The translations under genes were made by a program, and so were the position numbers. This document shows, piece after piece, positions 25,692-38,530 of a DNA stretch of 64,000 nt. Numbering within the stretch: position 1 is the stretch's first letter; every line of letters begins with the position of its first letter. The notes below the pieces were generated by a model that did not search any database, had not been told where the DNA came from, and was given only the letters and a program-made list of their open reading frames with translations. Source of the DNA: Octopus sinensis (taxonomy: Eukaryota); the NCBI RefSeq assembly GCF_006345805.1, contig NC_042998.1, positions 61,132,001-61,196,000 of the forward strand, read 5' to 3'.

Positions 25692-26232
25692 CAGAACATC
25701 AGATGGAAAACTTGTTTGTTTGGAGATAAGACTTATTTGATACACAGGAAAAACAGAATAGGAAACTTAATTATTTGGTCATGTTTATTGCTACAATCTT
25801 ATGAGTTGTTGAAAGATCTTTTAATATTTCATCTTGAAAATTAAGCCGGTTGTCATGGCATGGACTGATTATACTTGTGTTAGATTTTCTAACATTAAAA
25901 TTGAATTTTTTCTAAAATTAAAATTGAACTTTTTCTAAAATTAAAATTGAATTTTTCTAAAAATTAAATTTAAAATTTGTTTTGATTTAATGAATAGGTG
26001 TGATGTAAAGGTTTCAATATTCCAACAGAAATATTATGATAGAATATTCTCCTGAGGAAAACACTTGGAAGGAATTAGTTTCATGATTCTATAGGAAATA
26101 TGTTAGTGAAAATATTGATAACTAATTTTCTTAATAAATAGTCTATGTTTTTTTACAGTCATATATGCATATCGTGTGTGTGTGTGTTTTGTATGTATTT
26201 ATGTATGTATGTATGTATGTATGTATGTATGA

Positions 26233-26499
26233 GTAATTAGAAAATGGAGAAAACCATAGATTAACCAGCACATTGATTGGACCACATTTATAGCTTACTT
26301 ATTAATACACAGCATGAATTAATTCGAATACCCTATGAAGATGAAGAATTCTCACATTTATGTATAGACTGCATTCTGGTAATCTGATTAGAAACAGCTG
26401 TAAGATTTGTTTTGTCATGCTTTGTATTAATAAATAAGTTATAAATGTGGTCCAATTGATATGTTGGTTAATTTATGGTTTTCTCCATTTTCTAATTAC
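26233..26499. mobile_element. MITE-like element with ~85-bp terminal inverted repeats
   Basis: 26233-26317 is the reverse complement of 26415-26499 with a few mismatches. Confidence 0.75.
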
Positions 26500-27740
26500 T
26501 TGCCTTGGTTCTTGATAAACTCTTGTTTATCCTGTTGTTATCTATACTCTATGTGTATGCTGTGCCTTCACACCATCGCCTGGGGATAATACAGATACTG
26601 ATAGTATATACGGATATTTTATCCCTTAGTAGGTTACTATAACCACTAACTCTGTTTATATATGTGTATATATATGTATGTGTGTGTGTATGTATACATA
26701 TATATACACATGTACATAATTTAAAAGTTCTTGAAAGTATACAGTGAAATATCATAACAATGATAGAAGAATAAGCCAGAAGTGATGGGAGTATATTTAT
26801 ATACCTTTATAAAATGTCTCGATTTTCCTAAGATGATGATAGCTTATCCTGTCATTTTCTTCTTTTTTGTGTTGCTTTCACTTCTGGTTTATTTTCTACT
26901 ATTACCTATACATACATATTTCTTTATTTTCACACACACATATCAGATAAAAAATAAGTCGTAAGAGTACCTGCAGAAATCGAATGTTGCATCTCTTGTA
27001 AACCCTTCCAGCTGTAGTAACCACTGCACCAAAACAACATCAGAAACCATTTGAAACAAATATCCTTTTTTATCAAAAATTATCTCAGTAAAACAAAAGA
27101 TTAACACAGACTTAATGAAAGAAATCCTTTTTCATGGAGAAATTGACCAGAGAGATATTCAAAAGACATGGCAGAGGATGTAAAGCTGTTGTCCCTTATT
27201 AATTTTTTTCTTGGCAACTTTTCTCTGGAGGAGTCTATTTGAAATGTTGGATCTTCCACTCTTCATGTCAGCTTCGCTATACCTTTTTTTCACTTTACTG
27301 TAATTTTACTAATATACACTAATATTTTAATTTTACTAATATACATGCACACAAACACATATAAATACATGCACACACATGCAGCATGTTATGCATATGA
27401 GGTACACATGTAGACCAATACTCAGAGTAACCAGTAGGCATTGATAAAAAAAAACTGTCCACAAGAGGCCTTATCATGCTAAAAGGAATATCTCGTTGAG
27501 GGAAAAGTATTAGTGTGTGTAAATGTATAGTTGAAAATTGTACAAAGACAGCCAAGAAAAGAACAAACAAGGAGTGTCAGTTTGATGCTCAGGAAAAAAT
27601 GGAAGAGTCTTTGACACTTCAAGCCTATGCTTTCCTACAGAAAGGAATGAAGAAAAAAACGGAGAGAGAGAAGAAAATGTGTCTGGATTAATGATTGCAC
27701 ACACACATATGTATGTAAGTGTGTGTGTGTGTGTGTACAT

Positions 27741-28098
27741 ATAGGTGCAGGAGTAGCTGTGTGGTAAGTAGCTTGCTTACCAACTACATGGTTCTGGGTT
27801 CAGTCCCACTGCGTGGCTCCTTGGTCAACTGTTTTCGACCAAAGCCTTGTGAGTGGATTTAGTAGACAGAAATTAAAAGAAGCCCATCGTATATATATAT
27901 ATGTGTGTGTGTTTGTCCCTAACATCACCTGACAACCGATGCTGATATGTTCACATCCTCGTAACTTAGCGGTTTGGCAAAAGAGACCGATAGAATAAGT
28001 TCTAGGCTTACAAAGAATAAGTCCTAGGGTCGATTTTCTCGAGTAAGGGTGGTGCTCCAGCATGGCCACAGTCAAATGACTGAAATAAATAAAAGAAT
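27741..28098 (+). mobile_element. Full-length SINE family A
   Basis: Head-to-tail match to 10913-11323. Confidence 0.85.
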
Positions 28099-28599
28099 GT
28101 ATACATAAGTGTGGGTCCTGTTTTATAAGTGGATGAGATTTGTAGGAAAAGTGGGTCATGAAATGTCAAGAAAAAAGACCGAATTATAATGTAATTAACA
28201 AAAACTGATCCTGATATTACTAAAACTTTACCAAACATGTACTTATATATGGCTGTTTTTTTTAAATAAATAAATATTTAAAATATTTGAAAACGTCTTA
28301 TTTCTTCTTATACAATGATTTAATCTACTTTGGTCCTGTAGCACCATCTTTTGTCCATGTCTATGCCAAAACAGACGTCTCCAATGTTGGTGCTCCATGA
28401 AAAGCATCCAGTACACCCTGTAATGTGTTTGGCATTAGGATGGGCATCCAGATGTAGAGACCATTCCAAAACAGACTCAAACTTGACACAGTCCACTGGC
28501 TTACCTGCTCCTCTCAAACTGTCCAACCCATGCCAGCATGGGAGACAGATGTTAAATGATGATAATGATGGTGATGTGACTCCTTTGCTGATATTTTGT

Positions 28600-29480
28600 G
28601 TAACCATGACAATGGGACAACTGTAACTTAGGTTATTGGTTGGTAGACTGAGGTTTTGAGGGTTCCTTTTAACCTTTTTTGTTAAGGACTGCAGTATTGA
28701 CCCTGGCATGATTTCCCTCTTATTTCTTCCTAAATACCAAAATAAAGATGTTGATATTTTTGGGGATGTCATGGCTATGTTCCTAGGCAGGAACCTTATC
28801 ACAAAGTTTCTGAAATACTTTACAAATTTAAACAAAAATATTCAAGTCTTTTGAATTTCAGGAATTTGTGTTTTCATTCCAGAGGTTGAAACAGTCATCT
28901 AGAAATCTTTTCCAATTTTCTTTTATGTATTGGGAAAGAGGGTTTCCAAATGTAGATAAAGATTCCTGGTATATTATTATTTCCAGATAGCTCATTGTTA
29001 GGTTCGCAATGACTGGGACTGCCCTAGTACCCATGGCAGTCCCGGATTTTTGTTGATAAAACATGTTGTCAAACATAAAGTGGTTGTTTCATAGGATGAA
29101 TTCAACCGATTCAATTATGAATTCTTTGCTGATTCTTTACGGTATTTCTTCTGGATATTGATTCAGCCAGAACTGAATTTCAGCTATAATGGATTGTAAT
29201 TATAGGTCCCCTGGATGCTCGGGCTGCCACCAAAACTACATAGGGTCCACGGGATTATCACTCAGATGCAGATGCACTCTGCATTTACAGCAGATTGCAT
29301 TCCCAACATACAGAATGATACCCTTTAGTAAACACATTGAGAAATGAGCAAAGTAACTACTGCCACAATTTCTAATCTTTCCATTTTATCAATGTGCTAT
29401 TGGTACACCAACACAAGTTAGATTAAATAAGGAAACCTACTTATAATATAAGCCCAAAGTTAACTTTTTCTAGCATTTTT
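28600..29480. mobile_element. Penelope-like element: RT fragment on the minus strand (about 28600-29190) and GIY-YIG fragment on the plus strand (about 29200-29460)
   Basis: Minus strand: NHFMFDNMFYQQKSGTAMGT...ANLTMSYLE...WKRFLDDCF. Plus strand: CSGCHQNYIGSTGLSLRCRCTLHLQQI...SKHIEK. Confidence 0.75.
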
Positions 29481-29892
29481 AAATGAGGAAACTTACCTCA
29501 TTGGAAAATATATATATATATAAATCAAAACCTAACCACTTCTAACATTCTATTCTTTCTAACCCAAATCATTTTAAATTAATAAAACCTAGTCATTCCC
29601 AATATTTATAATTATCTCTCTTATACCGAAAAAATCCCTGATTACCTTCCCCTGTCTGAAACTCTCATACTTCAAATCATAGTGAAGAGATGACACAGTA
29701 TCGGTAAAAAAATTCGAGAAATTTGAGAAGCAAATACGAAACCGGTTATTTCTCCAAAAACAATGTTACTATACACAAAAATTTATAGCATTTTTAAAAA
29801 CAAGACGATTTAAATATATTCTTTAACCATATAAACAAGTCTTCTGAAGTTTTTCACTTTATTTTGTCTTTTATATGTATATATGTATATCA

Positions 29893-30475
29893 CCTTGATC
29901 ACCTTGACTGACCAGTCCGTCAGGCGTCCATTTGACACTGCTGGTCACAGCACGCTGTCCACTCCTCTCTGGATCGCGCCTTTATCATCCACGTGATCCA
30001 AATCATCCTCCTGAAATCATAACTCCACCGTCGTGGAGGTCTTCTGGGTGGTCTTTTCCGCTCGCGCGGGTACCACTCGACAACTGCGTGGGTCCACCGA
30101 TTATCGGTGAGCCGGGCGACGTGTCCAGCCCATCTATACTTGCTGCGTGTATACTCTGCGATGACATCTCTCACACTGGACTTCTTTCTGATGATCTCGC
30201 TACTGATGTGCTCTCTCAACGAGATACCAAGCATTGACCTTTCCATGGCACTTTGAGCCGTTACCAGTCTTTGCTCTTCTCTCTTTGTGGTAGCCCATGT
30301 TTCACTACCATATAACATTGCAGGCAGAACTGCACTGTTAATGAGGTTGGCATGGGTGGTCCTGTCCAACCTTCCCTTGAGGATATCCCTTATGCCATTA
30401 AATGCCTTCCATCCGGCCCTTACTCTCCGTGAGATCTCCTTTTTGATATCTCGGCACATATTTACTTCCTGTCCC
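29893..30475 (-). mobile_element. RTE-1-like LINE 3' end
   Basis: ORF 29920-30579: EISRRVRAGWKAF...LPAMLYGSETW...RWAGHVARLTDNRWT...RRPPRRW. Repeated caaggtgat tail. Confidence 0.9.
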
Positions 30476-30779
30476 ATATACATACATATATGTATATACA
30501 TACAAACACACGTATATACGTATATATATATATATATATCTTTATACATATACATATATATATATATATATATATTCATATTAATCTATCTATCTGCTAG
30601 ACAAACGCTATTCAAATGGGCTCCACGTAAGTTGGCCAAAACCACAAAAAAAAAACCTGACACATGGAGACATAAAAACAAGCAACTACCTATACACAAC
30701 ACCACCAGAACACATTAAAATATTGCACATCACACCAACCCTGCATCACACTAAAATCCAATTACCCCAATGCGGTTGG

Positions 30780-32165
30780 AAGATGCCAGGAGTACTCTTC
30801 CAAGAAACTTTATAGTGATCTCCTCGAGTGGGGGATTGGAATGCTACCTTGGAAACAGATGGAGCAACTGCATCGGGTCGTCGAGATAGTATCTAGATAG
30901 GATACTGTGTAGGACAGTAGATAGAGATAGCGTAGGGTGTCCACAATTCTACATGGTCAGCTACACAGATCACAAATTTGTGACGTGTACGCTAGACATA
31001 GATAAGACAGATAGGCAGGGTCCCGGTTACTGGAAACTGAATGCATGTTTCCCGTTGAGACAGGTTTTCAGAGACCGGATTAGCACACTAGTAAAGAGGG
31101 CTTCGACGGGAGCCATCATCAACAACAAATGGTGGTTTACCCTTGAGAGCAGTAAAAGCGGAAGCGATTAATTATAGTAAAGCACTAGCAATAGATAGAA
31201 ACAGTGTAGAGGGTGACCTAGTTTAGAAGCTAGAAGAAGCGATTAGAAGTGGCTTCGCATTCGACATTTTGACGGCGAGGTTGACCCTCGACCAACACTT
31301 CAATGCTAAACACGAATGGTGTGTTGTCAGAGCTAGGATGCGTGCTTTAAGGAACGAATGTGTTGGAGTCGCATAAGAGGCCCAGGTGGCAGAGGCACAA
31401 AAGGGCAACAAAGCCAACATTCGGTCTCTGGTAGATGAATAAGGGCACGAATTACTCAAACCAAGTAAAATGTGTGTGGCTTTTCAACAGCATTTTGCCC
31501 GACTGTTCAGGATGAGTAGTGAGCGAGAACGCAGGGTGGATTTCAGTGCCTACCAGCACAGCCTGTCACGACTTTCGACAAGAGAGGCAGAGTGCTGCGA
31601 AGGTGCCATCATGGTGGCGCAAGTGCGGGACATAATGGCGGAATGCTCGAGGGACAAATCACCGGGTTTAGATGGTCTACCCTATGAGCTTAACAGTTGT
31701 ATGCCAGACTTGTTTGGAGATGTCTTGGCAGCAGTGTACTGCAACTGGCTGAGGAGCCATAACACTGCATAAGAAAGATCTAAACAAGGGGAACGTAATA
31801 TATAACTTACGGCCCATCACTATTCTCAATGCAGACTTGAAAATTTTGGCCATGGTGTTAGCCAAGAGGTTGGTGCTTGTCATTGAGAAACTGGTTGACA
31901 AGGTGTAAAACATGCACCATGCCAGGCCGGAGCATCCATAACAACCTCCATCTGATGCGCTACATCATAGACAGGGTAGTTAAGGAACCTGGCATGAGTG
32001 GGGCCCTGATCAATTTGGATCAATCCAAAGCTTTCGATTGGGTAGACCATCGATACTTGGAGGCTGTCCTCATAGTGGTTGGTTTTGGTCCCGTCTTCCG
32101 CAGCTGGATAGATGCCTTGTACAGAGGCATCCGTTCGGTAATTCGCATGAATGGACATCTATTTA
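30780..32165 (+). mobile_element. Tx1/L1-clade LINE fragment (endonuclease end plus RT start), degenerate
   Basis: DHK..GPGYWKLN, KSPGLDGLPYE, (Y)RPITILNADLKILA and LINLDQSKAFDWVDH..L...GFGPVF..WI. Confidence 0.85.
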
Positions 32166-32169
32166 AGAG

Positions 32170-33420
32170 ATGAAGAATTTACAATTGACAGATATTTATC
32201 CTCATCTTGTTTGTTGTTAACACAATGTTTCGGCTGATATACACTCCAGCCTTCATCAGGTGTCTTAGGAAAAGGTATTTTTCGATGTTGGTGTTGTTAT
32301 TAACAAGGGCTTATAAATTTAATATTCTCCTATCCTTCCTTAATACCGGTTTCTATATGCTGTTCCTAACTGCACTCAGTCTGCTTAGGAGGTTGTTGTG
32401 TCCTACCATATGTACTGCTTCTTTTAGTTTTCATATTTTCCAGTGGTGTTCTCTGTCTATTTTAACTTCATCCCACAGGGAAAGGTGGTCTCCATTTTTC
32501 CATACATGATTAGCTATACCCAATTTATCAATATCTCCTCATGTCACAGCTTTGCAATGTTCCTCTACCCTTATTTTGAGAGGGCAGCATGTTTAATCTT
32601 AGTATAACCTACCACAGCTGCATGGGATGGAGTATTACACAGTCTTTGGTCATATTCTCTTCTATTGGTGGTTTTAATCGAAGGAGATATTTGCGAAGTG
32701 TTGTATTACTCTTGAATACTGTCCTGATGTCATATGGGCTGCATATCTTTTGTATCTTTTTTTTGTACCTACTTCAGAATGGACACTGATATATGTGGAC
32801 AAGAAGAGGGTTTAGCTATAGGTTCACTATTATCACTGATGGTAGCCAATATATACATGGAATTTGTTTTTAAGAATTTGGCTTTAGAATCAACACCACT
32901 AAAACCAATCCTATGGCTGCAATATGTTGATGATACCTTCATACTCTGACCTGACAGGAAGATGTTCAAGTACTGTTAGATTACGTGAACTCAATAAAGC
33001 CATCCATACAGTTCACAAAAGAAAAGGAAAAAGACAATCAGTTAGCATTCCTGGACGTATTATTAACATGCCCCAATTATGGATCCAGGACATCTGTATA
33101 CTGCAAGCCAACCTTCACTGGACGATACCTCAACTTCAATTCCACAGTGTAAAGAGAGTGATTGCTCAGTACCTAAAACATTGAGCAAAGAATATAAGTA
33201 GCAATCCTGATATCCACCACAAAGAAATGATCAAGCTAAGTAACAATCTATTAAGCAACAACTACCCCAAAAACATACTATCCACTCCAATTATGAAGAA
33301 AAGAAAGGATGAAACCAATAAACTGTCCACACTCTGTCTACACTATGAGAAAGGCCTCTCTGAATAGATACAAAAGATATGTGGCCAATATGAATAGCAT
33401 ATGGGAACTGGTATTAAGGA
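32170..33420. mobile_element. Penelope-like element: GIY-YIG and 3' end on the minus strand (32170-32770), RT on the plus strand (32770-33400)
   Basis: Plus strand: GLAIGSLLSLMVANIYME...WLQYVDDTFIL...QFTKEKEKDNQLAFLDVLL. Minus strand: SIPCSCGR...IRVEEH...HVWKNGDH...KLKEAVH. Confidence 0.85.
32219..32264 (-). ncRNA. Minimal hammerhead-ribozyme-like motif in the PLE 3' end
   Basis: gacac CTGATGA a ggctg-gagtgtatat-cagcc GAAA cat T gtgtt. Stem I is gacac/gtgtt and stem II is ggctg/cagcc. Confidence 0.6.
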
Positions 33421-33591
33421 CAGAAAGGAAAATATTAGGTTTATAATCCCTAAAATTCATTCCATAATTGCTCACAAGCATAAGGCATAGTGGTTAACAA
33501 CAGCATGGGCTACTAACCCCAAGATTTTGAATCCAGGCAGTGACCTGATTAATAATAATATTAATAATAATAATAATAATAATAATGATGG

Positions 33592-33629
<38 letters not shown>

Positions 33630-34239
33630 TCCTGTACATTGTTTTGTTCTGGTATAAAAGTTGGGCTACAGCAAATATTCTGCTCAATACCACAGATGCC
33701 TTGATACAGTACCAGGCAGTGGCTCTCGAGGCTTCAGATCTTAACCGACTGGAGGTGTTATCATGTACATTGTTTTGTCTTGGTATAAAAGATGGGCTAC
33801 AGCAAATATTCTGCTCAATACCACAGATTTGTTTGACCTTAACATGTTGAGCATGTCCCTTAGTGGCTGACAATATGTACATCTCTGATCATGAGCAGAA
33901 GTAGTGGGGAGCATCATAGCCTTGTGTTGAGAGGGATTCTTTGAGGTTTGAATAATTCACCTCTGAAAACATGGATGTTTCCTTCAACATCCTTAAACAA
34001 CCCTTATTCAGGGACCTTTTGAGCGGGATGGGTTACTCGACCAGAAGAAAATTCTAACTGGGCCCCACCTGCAAGCTCATGCGCTGTTTATCTTGATATG
34101 AGATCACCATGTCGTGCAAATATGGTCGTGATGCATGTGCCTAGTGTACCCTTATCAGATTGGTAGTCATGATGGGTATACTGGGCTTCGTATATTTTAC
34201 CCTGGTGTCACTTTGATGCCATGCACTGCTCTCTCATTC

Positions 34240-34288
<49 letters not shown>

Positions 34289-34300
34289 TTAATAATAATA
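33630..34300 (+). mobile_element. Repeat D, second copy, with an internal tandem duplication
   Basis: Matches 23178-23770; gtacattgttttg...ataccacagat occurs twice. Confidence 0.75.
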
Positions 34301-34490
34301 ACATCGGAAAAATACCTTTGGAATGAGAACCCAGATTCAAAATTCCCTCAGGACACCTGATGAAGGCTGGAGAGTACATCATCAGAAATGGTTTGTTAAA
34401 AGCAAACAAGATGAGGACAAATATCCATCAAATGTAAATAATGTAAATAATGTACATAATTCCTCATCTCTCAAATAGAGAACTGTATAA
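34300..34490 (+). mobile_element. PLE 3' terminal fragment with a decayed hammerhead-like core
   Basis: gacacctgatgaaggctggagagtac... is homologous to the reverse complement of 32170-32290. Confidence 0.7.
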
Positions 34491-34779
34491 CCATCATCAT
34501 TTAATGCCTAGATGGGTTGACAGAATCTGAAGGACAACACCATGGTCAATGTTTGCTTGGGCATAGTTCCCATGGCCAGATACCCTTCTTCATGCCAACC
34601 ACTTTTCAGAGTCTATACTGAGTGCTTTTCATGGTCCCAGCACTAGTGAGGTCACTAAGTTACTTGAATGACAAGACTCCTAACTCTGTGTGTGTGTGTG
34701 GGGGATGCATACATCCATATATATATATATCTTGATACATGCATACATATATGTATATACATCTCTATATCTATATACC

Positions 34780-34975
34780 TCTAGGTCTCCTGCCAGTTGA
34801 CTCAACTTGAAGAATCCATCTTGTAATTCTTTCTTATGACTTTCGAGTCCATAGTACCAGGGTTGTGACCTCTCAATACAGAGAAGTTGCAGCTTGATCC
34901 GGAAAGATTCTCTGATCTGTTGATATCACTGTCGTCTTTAGGGTTTAGGAGAATTGTCTCTAGGACTCTTGTTTA
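34780..34975 (-). mobile_element. Degenerate RTE 3' fragment
   Basis: Minus-strand IERSQ..W.G...RWILQVESTGRRPRG. Confidence 0.5.
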
Positions 34976-34989
34976 AATGTATCAGTGTT

Positions 34990-35575
34990 GTTTAAGCTTA
35001 GAAGTATTGTTTAAGTGTAGTAGTACCACTTAAGTGTAAGGGTGCTATTTAAGTGTAAGCATATCACTTAAATGTAGGAGTTTTATTTAAGTGTAGGGGT
35101 GCTATTTAAGTGTTGGAGTGCTATTTAAGTGTAACACTGCTATTTAACTGTAGTAGTTCTATTTAAGTGTAGCAGTGCTATTTAAGTGTAGGTGTGCCAT
35201 TTATATGTAGCAGTACTTTTGAAGTGTAAGGGTGCTATTTAAGAGTAGTAGTGCCATTTAAATGTAGCAGTGCTATTTAAGTGTAGCAGTGCTATTTAAT
35301 TGTAAGGGTACTATATAAGTGTAGGGTGTTATTTAAGTGTAGGTGTATATTTAAGTATAGGGGTGCTATTTAAATGTAGGGGTGCTATTTAAGTGTAGGA
35401 ATGCTATTTAAGTGTAGGGGTGCTATTTAAGTGTAGGGGTGCTATTTAAGTGTAGGGTTGCTATTTAAGTGTAGGGGTTCTATTTAAGTGTAGGGGTGCT
35501 ATTTAAGTGTAAGGGTACCATTTAAGTGTAGGGATGGTATTTAAGTGTTAGGGTAATATTCAAGTGTAGGAGTGC
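34990..35575. repeat. 19-bp minisatellite, consensus atttaagtgtaggggtgct, about 30 copies
   Basis: Directly visible tandem array. Confidence 0.92.
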
Positions 35576-35635
35576 TGTTTATTTGTGCAGGGATTTATAT
35601 TGAATGATAAAAAACATGATTGTTTTATGTTACAG

Positions 35636-35674
35636 AAAGAAGACCAAATTTCAGAAACACTGGAGTATTTGAAA
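35636..35674 (+). CDS. Candidate 39-nt phase-0 micro-exon (KEDQISETLEYLK) of an unidentified gene
   Basis: Acceptor ttgttttatgttacag, donor aaa|gtaagt, and an open frame of 13 codons. No homology recognised. Confidence 0.4.
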
Positions 35675-37150
35675 GTAAGTGCACTTATCATTTGTAATAC
35701 TAAGGCTGAGTCATCGGGGCACAAGTATGGCTGGGTGGTTAAGCAATTAACTTGATAACCACATAGCTTTGAGTTCAGTCCCACAGTGGTCAAGTGTCTT
35801 GTCTGGTAGGTTTTCTGTTATGGTCTCAGGCTGACCAAAGCCTTGTGAGTGGCTTTGGTAGATGGGAATTGAAAGAAGCCTGTTGTGTGTGTGTGCATGT
35901 TTTGTGTGCACATGTGCATGTGCATCTGTCTGCACATGTGTACATGTGTACACACTTGCATATGTGTTTACATGTGTGTGCATGTGTGTGTGTGTGTGCA
36001 TGCATGCGTGCATGTGTGTATGTGTGTGTGTGCATGTCTATGCATTTGTTAACATTTGGGTCTCTTTGAAAGTCCCTGAGCTATAGGTTGTTTTCATTTC
36101 CCCTGTCAATAAATCATTCACTGGCTTTTCACATTCAAAGATTTGTGGAATCAATGACCCCTTATTTGAAAAGCAGTAAGGGTCAGTGACAAGAAAAGCA
36201 TCTGGCTGTAAAACAATGCTTCAGCAGTATATTCTTCTAAATTATTTTTTTTATTTATGAAACCCTTTGTTTCTGTTTTATTCTATTGGACCCCATAACC
36301 ATTTGGTGTTTAAAAAAAAATCCTCTTGTATTTCCATAAACAAATATTATGAGGAACTGCATAAAAACATTGTTAAAACATTTTGTGTATTATAGAAGTA
36401 TGGTAAATTTTCTGCACATAAATTTTAAGAACGAAATTTTATATGAACTAACAAGGGTCATGTGGACCCCGGTTGAAAACTACACATCTAATCCATTCTA
36501 GAGTTGAAAACAGGACATAAAAGAAACAAGTGGAAATGTCCATATATGTGTGTGTGTGTGTCTGTGTTTGTCCCCCCAACATCGCTTGACAACTGGTGCT
36601 GGTGTGTTTACATCTCCGTAACTTAGCAGTTCGGCAAAGAGACCAATAGAATAAGTACTAGGCTTACAAAGAATAAGTCCTGGGGTTGATTGCTTGACTA
36701 AAGGTGGTGCTCCAGCATGGTTGTAGTCAAATGACTGAAACAAGTAAAAGAGTAAAGAGTATATATATATATGTAGAAGGATGAAAAGGAACACATGAGT
36801 TGATATATATGGATAAAAAAGTCAAGGTAGAAAATGCTAAAATAATTCTATAAAAAACATTTCATTACCAGTTTCAGTCATTGAGACTTTTTCAACTGTA
36901 AGCATGGAAAACAATTAAATTTTGGAAAAGTTAAAAGAAAAGGTTTTTAAAAGAATATTTGCATAGTATTCAAATACAAGTGGCATTTTCATTGTTTCTG
37001 CCTGTCTCTGTCTCTCTTGTTTACTCTTGTGGGTTCGACCTCAAACCCACAAGAGTAAACAAGAGAAACCAGTACTGAAATGTTTTTTATAAAATTATTT
37101 TAGCATTTCCTACCTTTACTTTTTTTCCATATATATATATATATATATAT

Positions 37151-37531
37151 GGAAGCACTCCGTCGGTTATGACGACGAGGGTTCCGGTTGATCCGAATCA
37201 ACGGAACAGCCTGCTCATGAAATTAACGTGTAAGTGGCTCAGCACTCCACAGACACGTGCACCCTTAACGTAGTTCTCGGGGATATTCAGCGTGACACAG
37301 AGAGTGGCAAGGCAGGCCCCTTGAAATACAGGTACAACAGAAACAGGAAGTAAGAGTGAGAGAAAGTTGTGGTGAAAGAGTACAGCAGGGATCACCACCA
37401 TCCCCTGCCGGAGCCTCGTGGAGCTTTTAGGTGTTTTCGCTCAATAAACACTCACAACGCCCGGTCTGGGAATCGAAACCGCGATCCTATGACCGCGAGT
37501 CCGCTGCCCTAACCACTGGGCCATTGCGCCT

Positions 37532-37533
<2 letters not shown>
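37151..37533 (-). mobile_element. Full-length, CpG-rich SINE family B
   Basis: Reverse complement matches 16741-17119. The tRNA-like head reads ggaggcgcaatggcccagtggttagggcagcgg...ggtttcgattcccag. Confidence 0.88.
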
Positions 37534-37586
<53 letters not shown>

Positions 37587-38339
37587 CATATATATATATA
37601 TATATATATAAGTAAGGAAAAATTTTTTTAAAAATGCAGAATGCTCAAATGAAAGAAAATTTTAATAAAATGAGTAAATGATAAAATATATAAATATATA
37701 TTTATTCAACCGGTTTTCGTCATTGTATGACTTGTCAAGAATATTTATGTTTTAAGAAGTTTTTTTTAAATTAGAAAGGGGAAAAAAAGAAAATTGCATT
37801 GTTTTTTGTAAAAGAATAATGATAAAAATGTACAAAAATTAAAAAATAAGTTCTCCGATACATTGTGAGTTCGTTGTGTATCTTGAGTTTTATGGTTGTT
37901 TACGAAAAAATTACCTTGAGGTGTTAAGATCCAAAGGGATTAAGAGCATGTGTTGTGTTGTGTTTGTGTTGTTAAATTCAGCATGTTTGCAGGACAGGAA
38001 GTAGTAGTAATTGTGGTCCTGGTTCTTCAGTTTCTGTGTTGTGAGTAAGGGGAGACAACTCTTTTGATTTCTTCAATAAAACCCAAATTATAAAACTATC
38101 ATTTTAGCTTCATTTGCATTATCTTTTTTATATAATTGCTTGTTAACTTAACTTTCAGATTTTAACACTTTATTTATATTATTTTCTAATAATATAAATC
38201 TGCATAGACAATTGCATTTCAAATTGTCATATCATTTATAATAAAAATGATAGTAATAACAACAATAGTAAAAATGATATTTAAAGAATATAAGTTTTAG
38301 CTTGAAGTGATGAATGCATGGTATCTTTATATATTGTGT

Positions 38340-38530
38340 TAGTCCATCGATTCTGTACCAACACGCCGAACAAGAACACGGGGGATCAATCAATAACATA
38401 GAGATTAAGATATTGTCCACACATAGAACAGATGCAACAATTAGACAAATTACAGAAGCTACACATATAATAGAAAATAAACCTAGCCTGAATAGAAAAC
38501 TAGAATGGAGCAATAGCACACACCACAACA
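38340..38530 (+). mobile_element. PLE GIY-YIG C-terminal fragment
   Basis: SILYQHAEQEHGG..IEIKILST...RQITEATHIIENKPSLNRKLE. Confidence 0.6.

Noticed and set aside
26950-27298. Possible minus-strand exon (KVKKRYSEADMKSGRSN... or ...EKLPRKKLIRDNSFTSS...)
   Set aside because: The acceptor is weak, there are competing frames with stops, and no homology was recognised.
29206-29400. Apparent host exon with ag/gt boundaries or a minus-strand membrane-like peptide
   Set aside because: Better explained as a Penelope GIY-YIG endonuclease (C..C..YIG.T...L..R...H).
34990-35575. CRISPR-like regular array
   Set aside because: Head-to-tail 19-bp units without spacers make this a minisatellite.
37981-38046. 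Short exon-like segment ending in gtgagt
   Set aside because: The frame is ambiguous, it lies next to PLE debris, and it has no partner exon.
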